From Candidatus Yanofskybacteria bacterium (GTDB taxonomy: Bacteria > Patescibacteriota > Minisyncoccia > 2-02-FULL-40-12 > GWA2-44-9), in contig JAHFKT010000004.1 in NCBI GenBank assembly GCA_023245235.1, positions 1 to 52,307 of the forward strand: 52,307 nucleotides of DNA, read 5' to 3'. The translations under genes were made by a program, and so were the position numbers. The notes beneath the pieces were generated by a model. It saw only the letters and a program-made list of their open reading frames with translations. It had not been told where the DNA came from and made no database searches. Of the stretch, positions 38,867-48,630 are shown one piece after another. How positions within the stretch are numbered: position 1 is the stretch's first letter; each line of letters opens with the position of its first letter.

Positions 38867-39550
38867 CTATTGCGCCTCCCGATTTAATCCAAGGGCCTGA
38901 TATACATAGCCCTTTACTTCGACGAAAATATCTTCAGGCTTGCGGTCGCCATCGATGATATGGCAATTCGGATAGTGCTGAGCGAACGCGAGGTAATTAG
39001 CCCGGGCGCGCTCAAGCTTCTCCCCCACCTCGAACTTATCCTTGGCCCGGCTGGCCTGGCTGGCCCTAGCAAGAGCCACATCGACCGGAACGTCGAAGAT
39101 CAGAATGAAATCCGGCCAGATGAAGGGCATTTCGGCAGCGGAGAATATCCGCTCGTGCATACCCATGAAGTCGAAGAAGTCTTTCGGACTGTCGGCGCCA
39201 TACGCAAATGATGAGGCCGCGCCCCGGTCCTGAATGACGTGCCTGCCGCGGAACAATGCCGGCAGGATGTTCGACCGGTAGTTAAGCATGCGGTCCTCGA
39301 TATAGAAGGTCTGGAAGTGAGACGGACTCAAATTTTCCAGACGGTATTCCTGGTGCTTGCCCTCAAGGATCTCGTAGATCGTGGCTCCGGTCGGCCTGGT
39401 CCGGTCAGGTTCTTTGGCATACGTAACCGGCAGCCGTTCATGATATGCGGTCAGAAACGTCTTGGTACGTTCGAATTGCTCGCTCTTGCCCGAGTAATCA
39501 ATGCCTTCGAATACGCCGAAGGCTGTCTTGAACGGATTCGATATCATCAT
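38867..39550 (-). CDS. tmk: Thymidylate kinase
   Basis: FEGIDYSGKS P-loop, KEP, DR, IQDR..ASSFAYG, PDFILIFDVP. Confidence 0.9.
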   Translation of the reverse strand: MMISNPFKTAFGVFEGIDYSGKSEQFERTKTFLTAYHERLPVTYAKEPDRTRPTGATIYEILEGKHQEYRLENLSPSHFQTFYIEDRMLNYRSNILPALFRGRHVIQDRGAASSFAYGADSPKDFFDFMGMHERIFSAAEMPFIWPDFILIFDVPVDVALARASQASRAKDKFEVGEKLERARANYLAFAQHYPNCHIIDGDRKPEDIFVEVKGYVYQALGLNREAQ

Positions 39551-39607
39551 TGTAAACGTTCCGGGTTATCGTATTCTACTCCAAAATTCCGGTTGGTCAT
39601 TGTGGAC

Positions 39608-39646
39608 AAATCAAAAGCCCCGGGGATATCCCGGGGCTTTTGATTT
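39608..39646 (-). terminator. Terminator directly after rplK
   Basis: AAATCAAAAGCCCCGGG-GATAT-CCCGGGGCTTTTGATTT. Confidence 0.88.
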
Positions 39647-39653
39647 TAGTTCT

Positions 39654-40073
39654 TTATTTAACCTCGATGCCCATCGAACGGGCGGTACCCTCAATGATCT
39701 TCATTGCGGCTTCGATATTATTTGCGTTCAGATCGGCCATCTTCTGTTCGGCGATCGTGCGGACCTGGTCTTTCGTGACCTTGCCGACCTTGTTCTTGTT
39801 CGGCACACCTGAACCTTTTTCAATACCGGCGGCAACGCGCAACAGATATGCGGCCGGGGCGGTCCGGAGCTTGAAATCAAAGGTACGATCTTCGTAGATC
39901 GTGATCTCCACCGGCACTACCTGTCCGGCCTTGTCTTTCGTGGCCTCGTTTACGGCGGCCATGAACTGCTGAAGATTCAGTCCATGCGGACCCAAGGCCT
40001 GACCGATCTTTGACGGTTCAAGCGCTCCGGCGGTCACCTGCAGCTTTACCATTGTCTTTATTTTCTTTGCCAT
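39654..40073 (-). CDS. rplK: 50S ribosomal protein L11
   Basis: [41 protein letters not shown]. Confidence 0.97.
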   Translation of the reverse strand: MAKKIKTMVKLQVTAGALEPSKIGQALGPHGLNLQQFMAAVNEATKDKAGQVVPVEITIYEDRTFDFKLRTAPAAYLLRVAAGIEKGSGVPNKNKVGKVTKDQVRTIAEQKMADLNANNIEAAMKIIEGTARSMGIEVK

Positions 40074-40115
40074 ACTATTGAATTACCACGGATAGAAGCG
40101 ATCCGCAATATTTGA

Positions 40116-40661
40116 TTACAGTTTCTTTATTTGCAAAAAATCGAGCTCGACCGGCGTCTCCCGGCCGAAAATGGTGACCAACACCTTGACGCGGCCTTTC
40201 TCCGGTTCTATCTCTGAAACCTTGCCGTCGAAATCTTTGAACGGACCATCGGTGATCTTTACCCGGTCGCCCAGCTGAACGTCGATCTTGTACTTGGGTT
40301 CGTCAACGCCCATGCGCTTCATGAGTCCGTCGATCTCCTGGGTCGAAAGCGGGGTCGGAATAGTACCGGCGCCGATGAAACCGGTCACATTCGGCGTATT
40401 GCGGACCACGTACCAGGAACTGTCGTCGACAAGCATTTCAACCAATACATAACCCGGATATATCTTCTCCTCAATGGTTTCCCGTTTGCCGCCCTTTATC
40501 CTGATCTTTTTTTCCTTGGGAACCAAAACGCTGAATATCTTGTCCTCAAAGCCCAGGGACTCGATACGCTGTTTCAGATTACGGGCTACATTATCTTCAT
40601 AACCCGAATAGGTATGAATGGCGTACCAGTGCCGCTCTCCGGTTGAGACTTGCTTTGGCAT
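40116..40661 (-). CDS. nusG: Transcription factor NusG
   Basis: WYAIHTYSGYE, YPGYVLVEM, VRNTPNVTGF, KOW domain, IFGRETPVEL. Confidence 0.98.
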   Translation of the reverse strand: MPKQVSTGERHWYAIHTYSGYEDNVARNLKQRIESLGFEDKIFSVLVPKEKKIRIKGGKRETIEEKIYPGYVLVEMLVDDSSWYVVRNTPNVTGFIGAGTIPTPLSTQEIDGLMKRMGVDEPKYKIDVQLGDRVKITDGPFKDFDGKVSEIEPEKGRVKVLVTIFGRETPVELDFLQIKKL

Positions 40662-40662
40662 T

Positions 40663-40848
40663 TTATTTTATGAGATATTTAGTGACCACTGCCTGGAAGC
40701 TAAGATCGAGAGCGCCCAGAAAAACCGCCATGAACGCGCTCAGCCCGATCACAACGAGCGTGTACAGGATCAACTGATTGCGGGTCGGCCACACTACTTT
40801 GGCCATTTCTACCTGCACTTCTTTCAAAAATATAGTGAGTCTGTTCAT
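40663..40848 (-). CDS. secE: Preprotein translocase subunit SecE
   Basis: FLKEVQVEMAKVVWPTR plus one TM; upstream of nusG. Confidence 0.95.
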   Translation of the reverse strand: MNRLTIFLKEVQVEMAKVVWPTRNQLILYTLVVIGLSAFMAVFLGALDLSFQAVVTKYLIK

Positions 40849-40920
40849 GTGTAGAAGTATTTAAAAATCGCCCGAAGGCGTCTTATATCACACTCATCCT
40901 ATCAAAAGAGGGCCCTATTG

Positions 40921-41205
40921 TCAACTGGTCTTACTGTATACATCGGAAGCAAGAAAATACCCCGCCCGAAAAGCGTACCTGAGGTTCTCCAGGAACGTCA
41001 TTCCGTCTTCCGGATATACCTTGCCCGGCCGGGCATATTTATAGTCGAAGACGCCTTCGCGCATTATATTTTGAACGACTTCGTTATTTTCATCCCCATC
41101 GACATGCACATTGATACTGTCTTCCTGATCCAAATAAAACGTGGCGAGCTTCTTCTGTTCTGATGATTTGGCGTCCAATTGAAAGAGGTCGGTGCAGTAG
41201 GTCAT
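40921..41205 (-). CDS. Hypothetical 94-aa protein coupled to the upstream kinase-like gene
   Basis: ATG overlaps the upstream TGA (ATGA). Acidic, with C-terminal YPEDGMTFLENL...GY. Confidence 0.75.
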   Translation of the reverse strand: MTYCTDLFQLDAKSSEQKKLATFYLDQEDSINVHVDGDENNEVVQNIMREGVFDYKYARPGKVYPEDGMTFLENLRYAFRAGYFLASDVYSKTS

Positions 41206-41876
41206 GCCGGTATTCTTTTTTCGGTTAACAATGTTTGGGCCCTGCTCTTTATGCCGGTCAATATTTCCTGATACATGAATTTCCCCGCCATCCGCTCGGT
41301 CCACGGAACGACATGCTGAATACCGTCAAGGATGTCCTGGGACAGGGAGAGATTCCGTTCCCGGGCTTTCCGGACAATATCGGAGACCGAGAAATTCTTC
41401 AGAAACATGATCTCGTCATGGCCAAAAAGTTTAATGGTCCGGTACTGAGTATCTACGAAGAAGTTCCGCCAGTTGCGGTCTCCGGCATTGATAAGGAAAT
41501 CGAATACGGCTGCTTTAGCCAGCTCCTGGTCATCAACAAAAGAATCCCATTTTGCATCGAGAGGGATGAGCAGGTCATTCTGCCTGAAAACTTCATAGGT
41601 GCTGCCGGCACGTCCGTCTATCTGTCGGCGGGCGGTATGCGGCAACAGATGAAAACGAAGAACCTGATCAAGGTCGAACGCCAGTAACTCAAAATCGGAA
41701 TGGGCCGGACCCGAAGCATCGTCCTCCTTAAAGAACGCGGTCAGCCCGCCCTGAATCACCAGTAGCGTGATCTGATCACCGGAGGCCAGTTCTTTCTCCT
41801 CTTTGATCTGGCCCTTCTCAAGCTGTTCGATCACACCGGCATGGTTGTGTTCTCCAAATTCAGGCTTCAATGTCAT
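41202..41876 (-). CDS. HipA/PI3-PI4-kinase-like atypical kinase
   Basis: AFFK (beta3 Lys), ELLAFDLDQVL..LLPHTARR, FDFLINAGDRNWRNF catalytic loop; metal-binding site reads FGHD. Confidence 0.65.
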   Translation of the reverse strand: MTLKPEFGEHNHAGVIEQLEKGQIKEEKELASGDQITLLVIQGGLTAFFKEDDASGPAHSDFELLAFDLDQVLRFHLLPHTARRQIDGRAGSTYEVFRQNDLLIPLDAKWDSFVDDQELAKAAVFDFLINAGDRNWRNFFVDTQYRTIKLFGHDEIMFLKNFSVSDIVRKARERNLSLSQDILDGIQHVVPWTERMAGKFMYQEILTGIKSRAQTLLTEKRIPA

Positions 41877-41878
41877 GG

Positions 41879-44011
<2,133 letters not shown>

Positions 44012-44058
44012 TCATTTTGGAACCCGCAAATCAACCCCGGATTGCCCACATTCGAGCC

Positions 44059-44091
44059 GCTAAAAACCGGCCTAGAATGCCGGTTTTTAGC
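44059..44091 (-). terminator. Terminator after the PheRS gene
   Basis: GCTAAAAACCGGC-CTAGAAT-GCCGGTTTTTAGC. Confidence 0.85.
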
Positions 44092-45230
44092 TATCTGACT
44101 TCAGCCGAGAACTGACGCTTGGTTTCGTCGTAGATTTTTTGCTGGATAGGGTCAATTTCGGCAGTCGTAAGCGTACGCTCATTGGAACGATAAATGATGC
44201 GGTAGGTGTAGCTGATCTTCCCAGTGCCGAACTTCTCCGAGTTCTCGTATTTGTCTATCAGCCGGACCTCCTCGACCAGGTCGCCGCCGATATCCCGGAT
44301 GAGGTCGAAATAGTTGTTCGGGATAAAATCCATCGCGACTACGAATGATATGTCGCGGGTAATGGGCGGATATTTGGAAACCTCTTTGAACTTGTTGCCG
44401 AGCTTGAGCTGTTTCCTGACCCGTTCGTCATTAGACCATAGAAGCCGGATATCCGGCAGTTCCATGCTGATGATGGCCAGCCGTTCCAGGCCGAAGCCGA
44501 ACGCCCAACCATTGTATTTGGATGAATCGACTCCGAGCTTATCAAGTACGCTTCCCTTCACCACGCCAGCCCCAAGCACTTCGACCCATTTGTCGTCTCC
44601 CTTATCGATCTCCATCTCAAGCGAAGGGTCCGTGTACGGGAATGTATCGCTATTGAATCGGTATTTGACCCTTGGGCCGAATACCGCTTTGGCAATATCA
44701 GAAAGCACTTTCTGAAGGTCATCCGAGGTAATGACCCGCTCGGATTTCGGCGTGAGATACCAACCGTCCATCTGATGGAACACGTTCATATGGTGCCGGT
44801 CTATCTCATCTTTGCGGTAGACTTTTCCGAACGAGAGCGAGCCGACGGACTTTCCCTGAGCGATGCGCTCTTTGATCTTGGCCTGCATCAAATAGTAATA
44901 CCACATCACGGTCGTGTGGGTACGCATGACATTCTTGTCATCAACGTAGTATGTATCGGATTTTGAGCGGGCCGGATGATCTTTCGGAAAATCGAACAGG
45001 TCAAAAGTAATATTAGTAGGCGTTATCTCCGGCACGGCGATGACATCAAAATCTTTGAAATCGGGAAGGTTGACGATGCGTTCCACCATTTCCTTAAGCG
45101 GACTGCCGGCTGTGCGCGACAGGTCGGGCATGTTTAAATAACGCTTCATGCGCTCCGATTCCGGATCGTGCTTTCCGTCTAATTGCTGCCGTATTTTCTT
45201 CTCTTCTTCTGTGTCTATGACGATATTCAT
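44091..45230 (-). CDS. pheS: Single-chain phenylalanyl-tRNA synthetase (PheS catalytic core fused to FDX-ACB anticodon-binding domain)
   Basis: FD...FPKDHPAR, RTHTT, GKVYRKDEID..H..VFHQ, FPYTDPS.E, WVEVLGAG, GWAFGFGLERLA, then SKYPPITRDISF...YRSNERTLT. Confidence 0.92.
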   Translation of the reverse strand: MNIVIDTEEEKKIRQQLDGKHDPESERMKRYLNMPDLSRTAGSPLKEMVERIVNLPDFKDFDVIAVPEITPTNITFDLFDFPKDHPARSKSDTYYVDDKNVMRTHTTVMWYYYLMQAKIKERIAQGKSVGSLSFGKVYRKDEIDRHHMNVFHQMDGWYLTPKSERVITSDDLQKVLSDIAKAVFGPRVKYRFNSDTFPYTDPSLEMEIDKGDDKWVEVLGAGVVKGSVLDKLGVDSSKYNGWAFGFGLERLAIISMELPDIRLLWSNDERVRKQLKLGNKFKEVSKYPPITRDISFVVAMDFIPNNYFDLIRDIGGDLVEEVRLIDKYENSEKFGTGKISYTYRIIYRSNERTLTTAEIDPIQQKIYDETKRQFSAEVR

Positions 45231-45240
45231 GGTCAGTAAA

Positions 45241-45645
45241 TTACGTGGTCTCGATCGAATCCTTGTGGGGATATTCCTTCAGCAGCAGTGCCTCAATTAT
45301 GATCATGATGAGGACGGCACCGAAGAATGAATACGGATTGAACATATTCAGGCGTCGGATCATTATCAGAATGACACTCAACAGTCCGGCCAATGCGCCT
45401 CTCCGGAACGATACGGCCAATGAACCGTGGTCTATACCGAAAGATACTATTTTACGGTGGCGCATTGTGTCGATAGCATGGAACACGAGCGTTACCAGAC
45501 TCGACACCACAAGAAATATCAGTACTAACACCAGCCCCTTCACCGGATACCCGGCCTGATACGGATCAAACGTACGTCCGATAAACCCGAGGGCCGTTCC
45601 GGCAAGCACGAGGGTACCGACGATGATCAGGATGGGCCAGCGCAT
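45241..45645 (-). CDS. Hypothetical 4-TM membrane protein
   Basis: Four hydrophobic helices; TATAAT 8 nt before the ATG; directly upstream of PheRS. Confidence 0.75.
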   Translation of the reverse strand: MRWPILIIVGTLVLAGTALGFIGRTFDPYQAGYPVKGLVLVLIFLVVSSLVTLVFHAIDTMRHRKIVSFGIDHGSLAVSFRRGALAGLLSVILIMIRRLNMFNPYSFFGAVLIMIIIEALLLKEYPHKDSIETT

Positions 45646-45649
45646 CGGC

Positions 45650-45922
45650 TTACATTATACCCTTATCCATAAACTGCTTGATATCATCGGGCTCTTTGCT
45701 GAAAAATATCGTTTCGCCGAGCGCGTTGCGAACGGTAACCGAAATAATGGTGTCCTTCAGCTGAGCATATTCTGTGATAGCACGGCCCGCAATCACTTCG
45801 ATGATGGCCATGTTCAGAGCATCTTCGGTTTCGACGCCCAACTCTTCCTGTTCATGGGGCGTGCTGAAATGCTGCCTTTCTATCTCATCAACCGACCCTG
45901 GTTCGTATTTCTCTTTTGGCAT
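45650..45922 (-). CDS. Hypothetical acidic protein (90 aa)
   Basis: TTGAAT-17-CATAAT lies 6 nt before ATG 45922 (MPKEKYE). Confidence 0.6.
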   Translation of the reverse strand: MPKEKYEPGSVDEIERQHFSTPHEQEELGVETEDALNMAIIEVIAGRAITEYAQLKDTIISVTVRNALGETIFFSKEPDDIKQFMDKGIM

Positions 45923-46020
45923 GGCGCAATTATGGCCGATTTCTCTTGAAAATTCAATACGACCCCCGAACTTCCCTCCAGAGTAAAACTGCGCTATCCT
46001 TGGAGCAATCTTTGACAATC

Positions 46021-47583
46021 ATGTTCAGATTTGTCGGACACCGAAGCTCCGAACCTGCCCTGATACTGCTCGACAGCGAACATCGCAAAAGAACCGTCTA
46101 TACCTGGGCCGACTACCAGACAGAAGCCCTAAGAGCCTCAAACTACCTTCATTCGCGCGGTGTGAAAAAAGGAGATTTCGTAGCAATCATCGCGCTGAAT
46201 CTGCCTGAATCATTCTTTACCCTACTGGGGACGATGCTCCTTGGCGCCGTACCAGTTCCCATCAACGTGCCGCTCATCAAAGAACGGGGGCAAGCCGACC
46301 TCCGGGCCATCTTGGACGATTGCCGGCCGAAACTTGTCCTGGCAAACCGCTGTCTTGACCGGTACCTCGCCGACATAGAGCATGTCCACATCGAAGACAC
46401 GCTCAATGGAGACGTCCTTGGCTGTCCCAAACAGAGATGGGAAGGAGGCGAGCTCCTCATCATGCCGTACACGTCCGGCACCACCGGCGGACCCAAGGGG
46501 GTCATGCTGAGCCTCGGCGCTATCAGCGACCGCGTTGGTGCCATCACGGCGGAACTGGAAGTGTCCGGTTCCGAGCGCCTGCTGTCGTATCTGTCCCTGG
46601 GCCATATATCGGAGCTGGTGGCCACATTCTTCGGACAGTTGCACTCCGGCTACACGGTTTATTTCACGGAGCATGCCAAAGAGCTCATTGAGGACCGGGA
46701 AAAATTCAGACTGGCTTTCCCGCATATTCTGCAGGCAGCGCGGCCGACCGTGTTCCTGGCCGTACCCAAAGTCTGGATAAACATACGCAAAGAGATCGAA
46801 AAGAAGACGCGATACGTTCCGGTCGACCTCGGACGGTACGGTGTCATCAGAAACCTCATCGTCCGGAAGATATTGGACCGGCTCGGACTGGACCAGGCCA
46901 AGCGTTTCATCAGCGCCGGTTCCAAGCTATCGCCTGAAGACGAGCTGTTCTTCGCAAAGCTGGGAATCTATATTGACGACGTCTACGGTCAGACCGAAAC
47001 AGGCGGACCGCTGACCATCAACGGCAAAGTTGTCGGGGAAACCCGGCTTATGATCGGTCCTGACGACGAGATATTGGTCAACGGACCGAACGTCATGCAG
47101 GGCTACTACAATAACGTTCAGGCCACGGCCAGAGTTCTGAAAGACGGCACCTACCACACCGGCGATGTCGGCATGTGGCAGACCCATCTGTACGGACTTT
47201 CGTACCCATTGGAACTGGACCCTGAAGGCCGGGTCTATTACGGCGGACGCCTGGGGGACAGCTTCAAGCTTGCTCAGGGCGAGTTCGTTCCGGCTGAAAT
47301 CATTGAGACCCTGGAGAATGAGATCAAAAGAATTCCCGGAGTGGACGAAGCCATTGTCTGCGGCGACGGCAAGCCGTATCTGGTGGCCATCGTCTTCTCC
47401 GCCGGACCATCGGCAGGGCTTGAGCGCGACCTGGTCCTGACCATCCCCCAGCTCGGTCAGGGCATCCATCGCTTGAGAGGATGGCTCGTCGTTGATTCCA
47501 AAGAGCTTGAAATGACGCCGACCCTGAAGGTCCGGCGTAAAGCGATGCTCAAAAAATTCGAAAAAGAGATCAGTAAACTATGA
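46021..47583 (+). CDS. AMP-dependent long-chain acyl-CoA synthetase family protein
   Basis: YTSGTTGGPKGVML, LSYLSLGHI, PTVFLAVPKVW, YGQTET, GPNVMQGYY, YHTGDVG, EMTPTLKVRR. Confidence 0.88.
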   Translation: MFRFVGHRSSEPALILLDSEHRKRTVYTWADYQTEALRASNYLHSRGVKKGDFVAIIALNLPESFFTLLGTMLLGAVPVPINVPLIKERGQADLRAILDDCRPKLVLANRCLDRYLADIEHVHIEDTLNGDVLGCPKQRWEGGELLIMPYTSGTTGGPKGVMLSLGAISDRVGAITAELEVSGSERLLSYLSLGHISELVATFFGQLHSGYTVYFTEHAKELIEDREKFRLAFPHILQAARPTVFLAVPKVWINIRKEIEKKTRYVPVDLGRYGVIRNLIVRKILDRLGLDQAKRFISAGSKLSPEDELFFAKLGIYIDDVYGQTETGGPLTINGKVVGETRLMIGPDDEILVNGPNVMQGYYNNVQATARVLKDGTYHTGDVGMWQTHLYGLSYPLELDPEGRVYYGGRLGDSFKLAQGEFVPAEIIETLENEIKRIPGVDEAIVCGDGKPYLVAIVFSAGPSAGLERDLVLTIPQLGQGIHRLRGWLVVDSKELEMTPTLKVRRKAMLKKFEKEISKL

Positions 47584-47607
47584 TCAGCCCATTTGGGCTG
47601 ATTTTTT
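47583..47607 (+). terminator. Terminator after the acyl-CoA synthetase
   Basis: ATCAGCCCA-TT-TGGGCTGAT-TTTTT. Confidence 0.75.
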
Positions 47608-47636
47608 ATTAGAGCTATCCGGATATTTGAGAATAA

Positions 47637-48230
47637 CTAAGTATTTGCCTCGGTATTCGGCCTCAGAAAATTCTTATTCTTAGACTGAGCCGACCCGACT
47701 ATCTGTCCGACTCTTTTATTACGCGTCTCCGGCAATTTTGCCCGAAGCAGCCATCTGTAGAACGTCTTTTTCGCAGAAGGAGGAAATTTATCAAAGTTTT
47801 CTTTAGCTTTTTTGTTTTTTGATAATGCCCGTATCAGTTCCGGCGGCATATCCGGGTTCTTGGGAATACCATGGTCATGGGTCGGTTTTGCCGCTCCAAG
47901 CGTATAGAATTTCATTCCCTCTTCGGCCATCAGGCCTTTCTTGATAAGTTCTCTTGCGTATCGGAGCGTATTGTCGCTCCACTTGCTGTTGTGATTCCGT
48001 TTTGAAAAATTGCGGAGAAAGGTGTCCTCGTCCAAGCGCTTTATGGTCGTATCAATCCAGCCAAAGCATATCGCCTCTTCGATCAGTTCGTGATGAGTCG
48101 GCGCCGGTTTACCGGTATGTCTTTTGTGGACGATAACGGCAACCTTACTTTCTTTTTTATGGTACTTTTTCAACCATTTCCGAAAATCATTTTTGTTAAA
48201 AACAGTGATTGTTTGAAGTGTAGTAGGCAT
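47637..48230 (-). CDS. YdeI/OmpD-associated family protein
   Basis: FRKWL, EEAICFGWID, SKWSDN, GLMAEEG and C-terminal AK.PETRNKR. Confidence 0.88.
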   Translation of the reverse strand: MPTTLQTITVFNKNDFRKWLKKYHKKESKVAVIVHKRHTGKPAPTHHELIEEAICFGWIDTTIKRLDEDTFLRNFSKRNHNSKWSDNTLRYARELIKKGLMAEEGMKFYTLGAAKPTHDHGIPKNPDMPPELIRALSKNKKAKENFDKFPPSAKKTFYRWLLRAKLPETRNKRVGQIVGSAQSKNKNFLRPNTEANT

Positions 48231-48279
48231 AGAGCGGTTACGACAGAGCGGCTCGCAAGGAACCGCTCCGTTTCATTAT

Positions 48280-48415
48280 GCGGGGACGACGGCGGTTGAA
48301 GTAAACTGCTTTACTTCAACCACGAATTTTAGCGTGCGTCTATTACTGTTTCAGTATAGCACGCGTTAAAAAATTCGCGAGAACCAAAGGTTCGAGTCTG
48401 CCAGCTCTGCTGGCA
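48280..48415. repeat. tRNA-derived multi-hairpin element with duplicated tRNA-Asp 3' end
   Basis: GCGGGGACGACGG occurs at 48280-48292 and 48460-48472. Four hairpins follow, including a plus-strand GGTTCGAGTC. Confidence 0.55.
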
Positions 48416-48416
48416 A

Positions 48417-48456
48417 TAATAGATAAGACCGCCATCTGCGGCGGTCTTATCTATTA
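48417..48456 (-). terminator. Hairpin/terminator after tRNA-Asp
   Basis: Perfect 17-bp stem TAATAGATAAGACCGCC-ATCTGC-GGCGGTCTTATCTATTA. Confidence 0.75.
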
Positions 48457-48460
48457 CCGG

Positions 48461-48534
48461 CGGGGACGACGGGACTCGAACCCGCAACCTCTTCCGTGAC
48501 AGGGAAGCGCTCTAACCAATTGAGCTACGTCCCC
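48461..48534 (-). tRNA. tRNA-Asp(GTC), CCA not encoded
   Basis: GGGGACGTAGCTCAATTGGTTAGAGCGCTTCCCTGTCACGGAAGAGGTTGCGGGTTCGAGTCCCGTCGTCCCCG folds as a cloverleaf with anticodon GTC. Confidence 0.97.
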
Positions 48535-48630
48535 TTTATTGGGGACTATCAAACCTGAATTGTTTAGGAAATCTATCATATTTCAGCCGAAATTAAAAGC
48601 CCCGCGAATGCGGGGCGAGACCCCATGGGG

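Noticed and set aside
48280..48415. Second functional tRNA or prophage at tRNA-Asp
   Set aside because: No canonical D arm or anticodon arm, and no integrase or phage genes between or near the repeats.
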